In this document: positions 1-8,862 of the stretch, piece after piece
Position numbering within the stretch: the stretch's first letter is position 1
Layout: each line of letters starts with the position of its first letter
Assembly (NCBI GenBank): GCA_030614005.1
Contig: JAUWKS010000004.1
Span: 1 to 32,000, forward strand
Length of the DNA: 32,000 bases
Origin: Candidatus Heimdallarchaeota archaeon
Lineage (GTDB): Archaea; Asgardarchaeota; Heimdallarchaeia; JABLTI01
Reading direction: 5' to 3'
Notes under the pieces: generated by a model
Told to the model about the DNA's origin: nothing
The model's database searches: none
Seen by the model: the letters and a program-made list of their open reading frames with translations, nothing else
Translations under genes and position numbers: made by a program

Positions 1-666
1 ACCCCTCAAAAAGTTGTCAGAATCAACAAGTGGAAAAAGCTCAACCGATTCGTAAGAAAAGGTGAGAAAGGTATTGCTATCTTAGCACCACGCCCGTACG
101 AGAAGAAACGTCTCGATTACCAAACAGGCGAGGAAGTCACCGAAAAAGGAATCTATTTCCGAACGGTCTATGTCTTTGACATTAAACAGACCGATGGTGA
201 ACCACTTCCGGAAGAACCTGTATGGATCAATAAAGGCGATGATGGACAAGAATTAATAGCTTATTTTATGGAATACGCCGACCAACTCAACACTACGGTA
301 GTGACTAAAGATCTCACTGCACAGGGGATAAGCGGTTTAGGGATAATAGAGCTGAAAGAAGGAATGACTCCCCTCGGACAAGCTTCTACATTGGCTCATG
401 AGTTTGCTCACGAACTAATGCATCCCAAAGAATTGCGAACCGCTGAACGGAGAAAGATTAACGAGCTGGAAGCAGTCGCTTATGTTGTCCTTGATCACTT
501 TGGTTATAAAATCAACTCCCCTAACTATATCGCTCTGCATGAAGGCAACCGAGAGAAGTTACTTGCATGTCTTAAAAGGATCAGCGATACTGCACAAGAA
601 CTAATCATCTCTCTCAAACTAATTGCTCATTCGGCAAAGGGTATTGAAGATACGCTTCTTCAATAA
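1..666 (+). CDS. ArdC-like ssDNA-binding / zinc metalloprotease (ImmA/IrrE-like) protein, 5'-truncated by the window edge
   Basis: Frame +1 is open from base 1 to TAA at 664-666; the ORF track starts only at an internal Met at 268. Translation gives WKKLNRFVRKGEKGIAILAP...YFRTVYVFDIKQTDGEPLP (ArdC N-terminal signature), then AHEFAHELMH (HExxH, 397-411) and ELEAVAYVV. Confidence 0.85.
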   Translation, partial: TPQKVVRINKWKKLNRFVRKGEKGIAILAPRPYEKKRLDYQTGEEVTEKGIYFRTVYVFDIKQTDGEPLPEEPVWINKGDDGQELIAYFMEYADQLNTTVVTKDLTAQGISGLGIIELKEGMTPLGQASTLAHEFAHELMHPKELRTAERRKINELEAVAYVVLDHFGYKINSPNYIALHEGNREKLLACLKRISDTAQELIISLKLIAHSAKGIEDTLLQ

Positions 667-790
667 TTTTCCCCTTTTTTCTCTCCAAAAGGTTTTGGTG
701 AAAGTCAATGATTATCAAATGAATTATATGGAAAAAAAAGACTTGAAGACAAGTGTGCTAATGAAACACAAATGTACGGACTTTTTTTCT

Positions 791-2104
791 CTAAGGTCTG
801 AGGATATCAACATTTCTTGGGAACATAATTGCTTGTTTTATGTTATTGCTTCCACATAACCACCAAGTTAGCCGCTCAATTCCTAAACCATAACCGGCAT
901 GAGGAGGAATTCCATATTTGAATAAATTGAGATACCATTTATATGAATCTACACTAAATCCTTGCTTCTGAATCACAGCGACCATTTTATCATATTCATG
1001 GACACGTTGACCACCAGTGCAAAGTTCAGCAAATCCTCCGGGAGCCACTAAATCGAAACTATTAGAAATATTTGGATCATCATCATTTACTCGATAATAA
1101 ATACCTCGAGTATGGGTTGGCCATTCTGTTATAAAGAATGGTGTCTTGAAATGATTTGATAATGCTTTTTCTTCTGGAGAAGTAAAATCATCATTCATAT
1201 CAACAGGATCTTCAAGCTCAAAACTGGTACATAGCTCTTTTGCATCCTTAAAGCTAATTCTTGGGAATCCACCCTTTAATTTCTTAGGTTTCACACCTAA
1301 CGCAGCTAGTGGTTCTTTTGCTGTTTTGATTGTTTGGTTTACAACATATACCATCATATCATCTAACACTTGCATAATACTAATATGATCGTGAAAAGCA
1401 GCTTCGACTTCTATTTGCCAGAATTCCGAAACATGTTTTCGTGTTCTCGATTTTTCCATTCTAAACGAAGGGATTAGTCCGAACACTTTTTCATGAGCAG
1501 TAATTGCAGCTTGTTTGTAAAATTGGCCGCTTTGAGCTAAAAAAGCATCTTCCTCAAAGTATTGTATTGGAAAGAGTGATGCACCACCCTCTGTTGCTGT
1601 AGCAACTATTAGAGGAGTGAAAATTTCTGTAAAGCCTCGTTTAATGAAAAATTCTCTTGTTGCATGAGCGATAAAGCCTTTTACTTCAAAAGGGGCTTTA
1701 TTGAGTGGCATGCGTATAGTTAATTCTCTTTGAGCGTAAACCGTACCATCATCCATTGGTGTTCTGCCAGTGACATCAATAGGTATTGGTCCAAACACAG
1801 GATTGAGGACATCTAACTTTTCTGGAATAACTTCTAAACCACCAGGTGCTCTATCATTTTTCTTTACCAGACCTTCAATTCTAATAATAGTTTCATTTTT
1901 TAAAGCTAGTAATTTTTCCCAAAGTTCTTCAGGTAATTTTGTTTTAATGCCAGTAACTTGTATGTGCCCTGTAGAATCTCGGACAGTTAGAAAACAGATT
2001 TTCCCTTTATGTACAAGGTGTTCCGCCCATCCACCAATTGCAACTTTTGCACCATCAGTCAATTTCTTAGCATCTTTGATAAAGGTCTTTGAAAGATCAA
2101 TCAT
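791..2104 (-). CDS. asnS: Class IIb Asx-tRNA synthetase (asparaginyl-tRNA synthetase-like scaffold; amino-acid specificity uncertain)
   Basis: N-terminal OB-fold (GGW...[21 protein letters not shown]), motif 1 region ([16 protein letters not shown]), motif 2 [22 protein letters not shown], motif 3 [17 protein letters not shown]-terminal FPR..LRP. Confidence 0.8.
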   Translation of the reverse strand: MIDLSKTFIKDAKKLTDGAKVAIGGWAEHLVHKGKICFLTVRDSTGHIQVTGIKTKLPEELWEKLLALKNETIIRIEGLVKKNDRAPGGLEVIPEKLDVLNPVFGPIPIDVTGRTPMDDGTVYAQRELTIRMPLNKAPFEVKGFIAHATREFFIKRGFTEIFTPLIVATATEGGASLFPIQYFEEDAFLAQSGQFYKQAAITAHEKVFGLIPSFRMEKSRTRKHVSEFWQIEVEAAFHDHISIMQVLDDMMVYVVNQTIKTAKEPLAALGVKPKKLKGGFPRISFKDAKELCTSFELEDPVDMNDDFTSPEEKALSNHFKTPFFITEWPTHTRGIYYRVNDDDPNISNSFDLVAPGGFAELCTGGQRVHEYDKMVAVIQKQGFSVDSYKWYLNLFKYGIPPHAGYGLGIERLTWWLCGSNNIKQAIMFPRNVDILRP

Positions 2105-2292
2105 AACAATTCAACTCAAATGATAATTTTTTTCCGTATAATTTCAAACTACTTTTTATTCTTTAAAAGGATTTTTTCCTTTATACAAAATAATAGATTA
2201 GTATCCTTACATTAATTAGACAATCTTGTAAGATATGAGAAGAATCGATTACTGTTTTTTGCTAGTTAAGGGGGATGTTTGTTTAAACCAAA

Positions 2293-2694
2293 TTACTGTT
2301 GAATCTTACGAATAGCATCTGCAGCCCAAGATCGAATTCGGATATCCTCGTCTTCTAAAGCGAGTCGAGTTAATTCTGGTATTGCTTCATTATTACCAAT
2401 GTTACCCAACGCTACTGCTGCTTCTAATCGCACACCAACAATTTGATCAGTTTTCATCGTTTCAATTAAGACTGCTACTGCTTCCTTTGCTTCGTCACCC
2501 AAATCACCAAGTGCAGATGCAGCAGATGAACGAACTAGTGAATCTCTATCTAATTTCAAAAGCTTCGTTAGTTCATTTACAGCTTCCTTTGCGTGGAGTT
2601 CTCCTAATCGGGATGCTGCACTTGAACGAATCCAACCATCCCTATCTTTCAGATTTCTTAATAACTGTTGAATTTGTCTTTCATCATAGGTCAT
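2293..2694 (-). CDS. Small HEAT-repeat (PBS-lyase-like) protein
   Basis: Four repeats of the type D.d..VR..AA.ALG.IG (DRDGWIRSSAASRLGEL, DRDSLVRSSAASALGDL, DQIVGVRLEAAVALGNI, DEDIRIRSWAADAIRKI). SD GAGGTG upstream. Confidence 0.85.
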   Translation of the reverse strand: MTYDERQIQQLLRNLKDRDGWIRSSAASRLGELHAKEAVNELTKLLKLDRDSLVRSSAASALGDLGDEAKEAVAVLIETMKTDQIVGVRLEAAVALGNIGNNEAIPELTRLALEDEDIRIRSWAADAIRKIQQ

Positions 2695-2872
2695 AATAAC
2701 TCACCTCGAGTGAATTATCAAAGATAGGCACAATTCTGTTGTGATTATACAAATAAATTAGTTCTTGCTGTTTATAAAATTTCTCGACAAAATTTTATTA
2801 ATATTGAATTATTTTCTCAATTAGCGAATAATAAGCTAAAATTTTAAGTAGACATTATATTACTGATGCGTT

Positions 2873-3391
2873 ATGAAAATCTTTACTATTATTGGTTACA
2901 CTAATTCAGGAAAAACCACCACCTTAATTGAAATCATCAAAGAATTAGTTAATAGAGGTTATAATGTTAATAGTGTAAAACACGTTCATATAGCAAATTT
3001 CACCATTGATACTGAAGGAAAGGATTCATGGAGACATCGGGGAGCTGGAGCATCTATTACAGCAGTAAGGGGTGATAATGAAACAGCTATTATTTACAAG
3101 AAGTCTCTAAATGCAATTGAGCTTCTCCCACATTTTAACGGTGACTTTCTTGCGCTAGAAGGGTTTTCAGAGGAGAAATTAGTTCCCAAAATCCTTTGCT
3201 CAAAAAATATTGCTGATTTGGAAGAAAGATTGCAAGATTCGGTTTTTGCTATATCAGGAATTATTTCTGCAGAAATTAAGGAATTCAAAGGAATAAATGC
3301 AATCAATGGATTAACAAACATAAAGGAACTTGTTGATTTAATAGAGGAGAACGCAATTGATGCTGAAGAATTGGTTGCTAAGTATCATTGA
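2873..3391 (+). CDS. mobB: Molybdopterin-guanine dinucleotide biosynthesis protein B
   Basis: P-loop IIGYTNSGKTT, VKHVH, DTEGKDSWRHRGAGA and ALEGFS motifs typical of MobB. Overlaps the convergent ABC ATPase by 14 nt. Confidence 0.88.
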   Translation: MKIFTIIGYTNSGKTTTLIEIIKELVNRGYNVNSVKHVHIANFTIDTEGKDSWRHRGAGASITAVRGDNETAIIYKKSLNAIELLPHFNGDFLALEGFSEEKLVPKILCSKNIADLEERLQDSVFAISGIISAEIKEFKGINAINGLTNIKELVDLIEENAIDAEELVAKYH

Positions 3392-4205
3392 TTCTTTTAC
3401 TAAAAAAACCAATTACCTCTTTTCTCTGTAAAATCGTCTCAGGTAACCCATCTTGTTGCAAAGAATAAAGCATTTTAAGCATATAAGTTTCTGTCAATCC
3501 CGCTTTATGAAGATTTTTTGATTCTTTGAAGAAATCTGTTTTCTTTCCATCAAAAACAATTTTACCAGATGATAATGCAATGACTCTATTACTTTCTTCA
3601 AGAACTGAATCGAGATCATGTGTAATAATAATAACTAATTTCTTTTGATCCTTTAATTTTCCAATAAATTCTCGAATGATGATTTTTTGTGCCATATCAA
3701 TACCTGAAAATGGTTCATCAAGAATTATAGCATCAGGATCTTGAATCAATACCGTCGCTAAAGCTAATTTTTGTTTTTCTCCCCGACTTAATAATCTTGG
3801 ATGTATTTTTCGATATTTCGCTATATCAAAGAAATCTAACATTGAATTTATTTTCTCTTCCTTTACGTTTTTTGTAAAATTAAATCTCTGTAAACTTAAT
3901 AAAAGTTCATTTTCTACAGAATTCGTAAAAAGCATAATATTTGGATTCTGAAAAACGTAACCTACCTTTTCAGCAATTTCTGCAATTGATTTCTTCTCTA
4001 TTAATTTACCATCAAAATTTATATGGCCTGTGCTCGGTTTTAACATTCCAATAATAAGTTTAGCTAATGTTGTTTTACCAGAACCATTTCGACCAATAAT
4101 AGCAACTTGTTCGGAGGGGTTAAATTTTAGGGAGAGATTAGAGAAAATTCCTTTCCTACCGGCAATATAGCTAAAACCAATATCAGTCAATTCAATACAA
4201 GTCAT
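3378..4205 (-). CDS. ecfA: Energy-coupling factor (ECF) transporter ATP-binding subunit
   Basis: Walker A GRNGSGKTT, Q-loop YVFQNP, signature LSRGEKQK, Walker B ILDEP, H-loop ITHD. Start overlaps the upstream stop (ATGA). Confidence 0.85.
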   Translation of the reverse strand: MTCIELTDIGFSYIAGRKGIFSNLSLKFNPSEQVAIIGRNGSGKTTLAKLIIGMLKPSTGHINFDGKLIEKKSIAEIAEKVGYVFQNPNIMLFTNSVENELLLSLQRFNFTKNVKEEKINSMLDFFDIAKYRKIHPRLLSRGEKQKLALATVLIQDPDAIILDEPFSGIDMAQKIIIREFIGKLKDQKKLVIIITHDLDSVLEESNRVIALSSGKIVFDGKKTDFFKESKNLHKAGLTETYMLKMLYSLQQDGLPETILQRKEVIGFFSKRINDT

Positions 4206-5041
4206 TTCAACAGTCTCCTCAATATTTTAGTTGCTTGTGAGTGCGAATCAGGGATTTCTACTGCAATCTTAGATTCTTTCTGAATTTCTTGAAAGAGACT
4301 CACAACGGTTGGTGGAACTAAATTGTTCTCTCTAAGTAAATCAATATCAGTTAGAATCATTGCTGCAGGACCATCTGCAATAATTTGACCATTATTAATG
4401 AGAATTATTCGATCCGCTAGCTCTAGTAAATAATCCAAATCATGTTCAATCATTACAATCGTTTTTTGCTCGATCTTATTGAGTTGCTTTAACGTAGTTG
4501 CTAATTCTAACTTACTTGGTAAATCTAGCATACTAGAACATTCATCCAACACCAAGATTTGAGGATCCATAGCTAAAATTGAAGCTAAAATAACTCGTTG
4601 TTTTTCTCCCTCACTTAAATCTGCAGTAGCTCTGTTTCTAAGGTAATTAATTCCTAAAGTTTCTAATATTCCATCTAATCGTTTTATTATTTCTTCTCTT
4701 GAAATACCAAGATTTTCCATTCCAAAAGCAATTTCAGAAGTGACATTTGGAGTAGCTATTTGAAACGTCGGTTCTTGAAGCATATAACCAACTATAGCAC
4801 TCATTACTTCTACAGATTCGTCAATTATTTTTTTCCCTGAAACCGACACAACACCTGAAAAATAACCTTTAATTGAGTGAGGTATTAAACCATTCAACAT
4901 ATAACAAAGAGTGCTTTTCCCACAACCAGTAGGACCAATAATACCTACAAATTCACCTTTCTCTATCTTCAGAGAGACATTCTCAAGAATGTTTGAAGTA
5001 GAACTTAGATATTGAAAACTTACTTTGTGAATTTCTATCAT
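4202..5041 (-). CDS. ecfA: Energy-coupling factor (ECF) transporter ATP-binding subunit
   Basis: GPTGCGKST, LNGLIPH, QEPTFQ, EIAFGMENLG, LSEGEKQR, VLDECSSMLD, IEHD: CbiO/EcfA family. Confidence 0.88.
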   Translation of the reverse strand: MIEIHKVSFQYLSSTSNILENVSLKIEKGEFVGIIGPTGCGKSTLCYMLNGLIPHSIKGYFSGVVSVSGKKIIDESVEVMSAIVGYMLQEPTFQIATPNVTSEIAFGMENLGISREEIIKRLDGILETLGINYLRNRATADLSEGEKQRVILASILAMDPQILVLDECSSMLDLPSKLELATTLKQLNKIEQKTIVMIEHDLDYLLELADRIILINNGQIIADGPAAMILTDIDLLRENNLVPPTVVSLFQEIQKESKIAVEIPDSHSQATKILRRLLK

Positions 5042-5085
5042 GGTATTTCTTCGATTTCCTTGTATCTACTAAAAATAAATTAATG

Positions 5086-5107
5086 GGTATTGATGAAAAT
5101 CAATACC
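5086..5107 (-). terminator. Hairpin immediately downstream of the M20 gene
   Basis: Perfect 9-bp inverted repeat GGTATTGAT-gaaa-ATCAATACC, 5 nt after the stop at 5113, followed on the minus strand by AATTTATTTTT. Confidence 0.55.
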
Positions 5108-5112
5108 TACGT

Positions 5113-6294
5113 CTAACTTTTGGCTTTCATCTGCACACAGATTTTTTCTGCCAAAACTGAATAAACTTTGGTAGCTTTAACAACTTGATCAATTGGTACA
5201 TGGTCATAAGGTGAATGAGCAAATTTCTCGTCTCCAGGACCAAAACCCACTATTGGTTTATCAATATCAAAAATTTCCGAGATGTTGACACCACTTGTCC
5301 ATTGTCCAATTTTAGCTGATTTGCCTGTTGCTAGGTTTTTAGCATCTTGAAGTATAGAGATAATTTCTGCATCTGTTGCGGTTTCTAATGCCTTAAAGTA
5401 TCTTATCAATTTAATTCTAATTTCATCTTCTTTGTAATTATTTTTCTTCAAGATGTTCATAAAATCCTTTTCAATCTTCTCAGGAGTTTCTCCTTTGAAT
5501 ATTTGTCTAACCAATAAGGATTGACACATACAAGGTACTGAGTGAGACTCTCCTAATGGAAGTGAGGAAATAGAACTCAGAACCATATTCGCTTTCCCAA
5601 AGCGTTTATCTTCAGGTAAAACTGAGTCATTTATTAAACAATCAATAACCTTATTCATTTTGAGAATGGCATTATCGCCCTTTGATGGATAGCCAATATT
5701 AGACATTCTTCCTTTTGTTATTATGCTATAAGTGGCTTGACCGGGATGAGCAATGTTTATATCCAAATTTGTTGGAGCACAAGATACAAGGTAATCAGGA
5801 TTAAGTTCAAATTTTTGCATTAGCTTCTTTAAACCCGAAGAATTGCCTGTTTTAGAATTAGCTAATCCAACAATAGCAAAATCTCCTTTCAATCGAGCTC
5901 TTGATCTCTTCAATGCTGCTCCTGTGCTAATCATAGCCGCTAATCCAGCTTTCATATCACAAGCTCCGCGACCATAAATCACTTTTCCCTTTGAACCTAA
6001 TTTCGAACCATCCATTTCTTTTGCAAGAAAGGGTTCAGGCATTGAACCAGGTGGCACAGTATCAATGTAACCAGCTAAAACAAGGGATTTGCCTTTCCCA
6101 AGACCTAACATAACACCAACAATATCATTTGTATGCTCATCATATTGAACCTTGTTAAAACCAGCTTTCTTCATTTCAATAGCCATTAAAGTTGCTAGTT
6201 TCTTTTCATTACCACTCGGGCTTTCACTTTTAATTAGACGTTTTGCTAAATTAATAATGGGTTGTTCGTCGATGACTTGAAGTGATTTGGACAT
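5113..6294 (-). CDS. M20/ArgE/DapE-family metallopeptidase homologue with degenerate metal site (probable pseudoenzyme)
   Basis: SPSGNE, G(Y)IDTVP, IYGRGACDMKAGLAAM, central dimerisation domain (KG..G.NAI), GFGPG..AH.P C-terminus. Several metal ligands are substituted (see findings). Confidence 0.85.
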   Translation of the reverse strand: MSKSLQVIDEQPIINLAKRLIKSESPSGNEKKLATLMAIEMKKAGFNKVQYDEHTNDIVGVMLGLGKGKSLVLAGYIDTVPPGSMPEPFLAKEMDGSKLGSKGKVIYGRGACDMKAGLAAMISTGAALKRSRARLKGDFAIVGLANSKTGNSSGLKKLMQKFELNPDYLVSCAPTNLDINIAHPGQATYSIITKGRMSNIGYPSKGDNAILKMNKVIDCLINDSVLPEDKRFGKANMVLSSISSLPLGESHSVPCMCQSLLVRQIFKGETPEKIEKDFMNILKKNNYKEDEIRIKLIRYFKALETATDAEIISILQDAKNLATGKSAKIGQWTSGVNISEIFDIDKPIVGFGPGDEKFAHSPYDHVPIDQVVKATKVYSVLAEKICVQMKAKS

Positions 6295-6430
6295 TTGACC
6301 TCTTTCTCCTGAATCGTACCGTTGGATTCAAGTTAAATTAGAGAATAAATTAATTATTCATACTAGATTAAATAGTATTCCCCACTTTTAGAAAAAGATT
6401 TTCATAAAAAGAGCGGTAGAAGTATTGATT

Positions 6431-7174
6431 TTAGTCCAATGCTAAAGTGATTCGCTCTTTTCCTTTACCTATGCTTCTCCGTTTTGTAATTCTAACCGTA
6501 CCTATTTCAGAAGTATTTGCTACATGAGTACCAGCACAAGATGCAAAATCATATTCACCAACTGAAATTATACGGAAAATCTTTACTGATGATGGAATCA
6601 TATCAATATAATCTGTTTGATAACCATGCTCTTTGAGAAATGTAATTGCTTCTTCTCTGGGCATAAAATTAATTGCAACAGGAAGATTTTGAGTAATTAT
6701 TTTGTTTACTCCAACTTCAATGTCTTTTAATTGTTCTTCAGTCAAAGCCTTTTCTAAATCGAAATCAGCACGACCACTTCTTGTTGAAATATTATTTCCA
6801 AGGACATCAGCATTGTACTCTATGTGCATATACTTACTTAATACATGAATAGCAGAATGGTATCGCATATGAATTAATCTTTTTTCCCAATCAATAGAAC
6901 ATTCAACCATATCCCCAACTTTAGGTAAACTTTCTGTTTCAGCTAGAAAATGCTTCACTTGACCTTGATCTCTTCTAACACTCTTAACGGTTAAAACATT
7001 TTCATTATATGTTAGAGTTCCTGAATCACTTTCTTGACCACCACCAAGTGGATAGAATGCTGTTTGATCTAGAACAACAAAACCTTCACCTACGGCAATA
7101 ACTTTTGCTGAAAAAGTTTTGAGATAATTATCCTTCATATATAGCATAGTTGTTTGCATTTGTCTCACAAGCAT
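6431..7174 (-). CDS. alaX: Free-standing alanyl-tRNA editing protein (AlaX-M / AlaXp type)
   Basis: LDQTAFYPLGGGQESDSG, zinc motifs MRYHSAIHVL (HxxxH) and SCAGTHV (CxxxH), C-terminal GKGKERI. True start may be a downstream Met. Confidence 0.9.
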   Translation of the reverse strand: MLVRQMQTTMLYMKDNYLKTFSAKVIAVGEGFVVLDQTAFYPLGGGQESDSGTLTYNENVLTVKSVRRDQGQVKHFLAETESLPKVGDMVECSIDWEKRLIHMRYHSAIHVLSKYMHIEYNADVLGNNISTRSGRADFDLEKALTEEQLKDIEVGVNKIITQNLPVAINFMPREEAITFLKEHGYQTDYIDMIPSSVKIFRIISVGEYDFASCAGTHVANTSEIGTVRITKRRSIGKGKERITLALD

Positions 7175-7354
7175 ATAATTTTCAGTATTGGAATAACAGT
7201 ATAATTAGAGTTCATATTTTTTGTTATTATCGATCTATTGAAATCTACAACCCAATTTCTTAGTTTAATTGAAAAATAAAGAGTAAGGTGAATGTAATCA
7301 CCTTATAAAGAATATTGTTCTGATTTAGCTTTAGTAAATAACTCTAAAGTCAGT

Positions 7355-8656
7355 TTATACTCTTTCAAACATTTGATTGAATTCCCACTCAGTAACTTCT
7401 TCGGTTTTTGGGTTTTTAACATTCTTTTCGTATTCTTCCCATTCCATATTCTTTGTTTTATTGAAGATTTCAATAAATTGAGGACCTAAGAAATCACAAA
7501 GGTATTTATCAGCATTTAGTGCTACTAACGCTTCTTTCAAAGTGCTTGGTGTTTTCGTTATTCCCATCTCGGCTCGTTTTTCATCAGTCAGCTTATCTAT
7601 GTTTACTTGTGTGCCTTCGATGGGTTTAATTTTATTTCGTATACCGTCTAATCCAGCGGCAAGTAATAGAGCAATCACAAGATAGATATTGGCTGAAGTA
7701 TCCGCACCTCTGTATTCAATTCGAGCAGATTTTTCATAACCAGGAACTCTAACAAGAGCTGTTCTATTTGCAAGACCCCAAGCTATATACACTGGAGCTT
7801 CATGATTAGGAACTAATCTTTTATATGAATTAACTGTAGGATTAAAAATTGCTGTCAAACCAGGTGCATGTTTCAGCAGGCCACCAACAAAATATTTGAG
7901 CGTATCTGAAGGTTTACCTCCCTCAGCATTGAAGTAATTCTCTTCTCCTTTGAAAAGCATATGATGAACATGTAAACCATTTCCAGCTTCAGTGGTATAT
8001 GGTTTAGGCATAAAACTAGCCACTAATCCAGCATTCCAAGAAACCATCTTAACAATTTGTTTAACAGTTTGAATCATATCGCCTGCGGTTAGAGGATCAA
8101 TCATTGGAAATTCAATTTCCATTTGACCAGGACCAACTTCATGATGAAGCATTTTTGGATATATTCCAAACCCAATCATAAAATCGGTCATTAATCTTCG
8201 CAATTCGATTTCAGAATCTAAAGGAGGAGCATCCATATATCCGCCTATATCGACTGGCTCGCCATCTTGGTCCATCATATACCATTCCAATTCAGGACGA
8301 GCTTGCATTTCAAAACCAAATTCAAGTTTTGCCATATTAATTGCTCGTTTTAAAATACTTCTTGGATCACTTCGGAGTGGTTGTCCATTTGTATCGTAAA
8401 TATCACAAATAACTCGAGCAATACGATTATCCCAGGGTATTAAGTGCAAAGTTGAAACATCAGGAATTACACGCATATCGCTACTCTCAGTAGACAAGAA
8501 TCCGACAGATGAACCATCGATGCCTAATCCTTCTTTAAGATATTTTTCAGCGAACTTCTTTGGCACTTCTACAACTTTCAATTGTCCAGCGATATTTGTA
8601 AACTGCAATTGCAAATAATCAATATCACCAAGTATTTTAGATATATCTTGCTTCAT
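7355..8656 (-). CDS. glnA: Glutamine synthetase type I
   Basis: DGSSV, PELEWY, HHEVGPGQMEI, FMPKP..AGNGLHVH, NPTVNSYKRLVP..EAP, NRTALVRVP, RIEYR..D..AN.Y all intact. Confidence 0.92.
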   Translation of the reverse strand: MKQDISKILGDIDYLQLQFTNIAGQLKVVEVPKKFAEKYLKEGLGIDGSSVGFLSTESSDMRVIPDVSTLHLIPWDNRIARVICDIYDTNGQPLRSDPRSILKRAINMAKLEFGFEMQARPELEWYMMDQDGEPVDIGGYMDAPPLDSEIELRRLMTDFMIGFGIYPKMLHHEVGPGQMEIEFPMIDPLTAGDMIQTVKQIVKMVSWNAGLVASFMPKPYTTEAGNGLHVHHMLFKGEENYFNAEGGKPSDTLKYFVGGLLKHAPGLTAIFNPTVNSYKRLVPNHEAPVYIAWGLANRTALVRVPGYEKSARIEYRGADTSANIYLVIALLLAAGLDGIRNKIKPIEGTQVNIDKLTDEKRAEMGITKTPSTLKEALVALNADKYLCDFLGPQFIEIFNKTKNMEWEEYEKNVKNPKTEEVTEWEFNQMFERV

Positions 8657-8862
8657 ATATTATAATCTCCAAATAATATCCTTTTTTTATTCTGGAATTA
8701 AAAACCAAGGATTACTTACAATTAAAGATTCTTACTGTATCATATTTTTTTCAAGGAAATGCAAAGAGAAATATGAATTAATTACCTATATATTGCAAAA
8801 GGTAAAATATTCTTGTAGAGATATTAACTATAAGTGTCAATTAAAATTGGTGTGGGTAATCA

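Noticed and set aside
623-859. 78-aa + strand ORF overlapping the ardC-like and asnS-like ends
   Set aside because: Spans a T-rich convergent terminator region and overlaps two well-supported genes; no motif or SD.
2293-2694. Internal repeats in the 133-aa ORF as a possible novel repeat array
   Set aside because: Fully explained as ordinary HEAT protein repeats.
4202-6294. Idea that the inactive M20 protein is a co-transcribed binding subunit for the orphan ECF ATPases
   Set aside because: A perfect terminator-like hairpin (5086-5107) separates them, the M20 protein has no signal or anchor, and ECF systems do not use soluble binding proteins.
6407-6461. 9-bp inverted repeat AAAAGAGCG / CGCTCTTTT around the alaX stop
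   Set aside because: The 37-nt spacer and low-complexity arms, one inside coding sequence, are compatible with chance.
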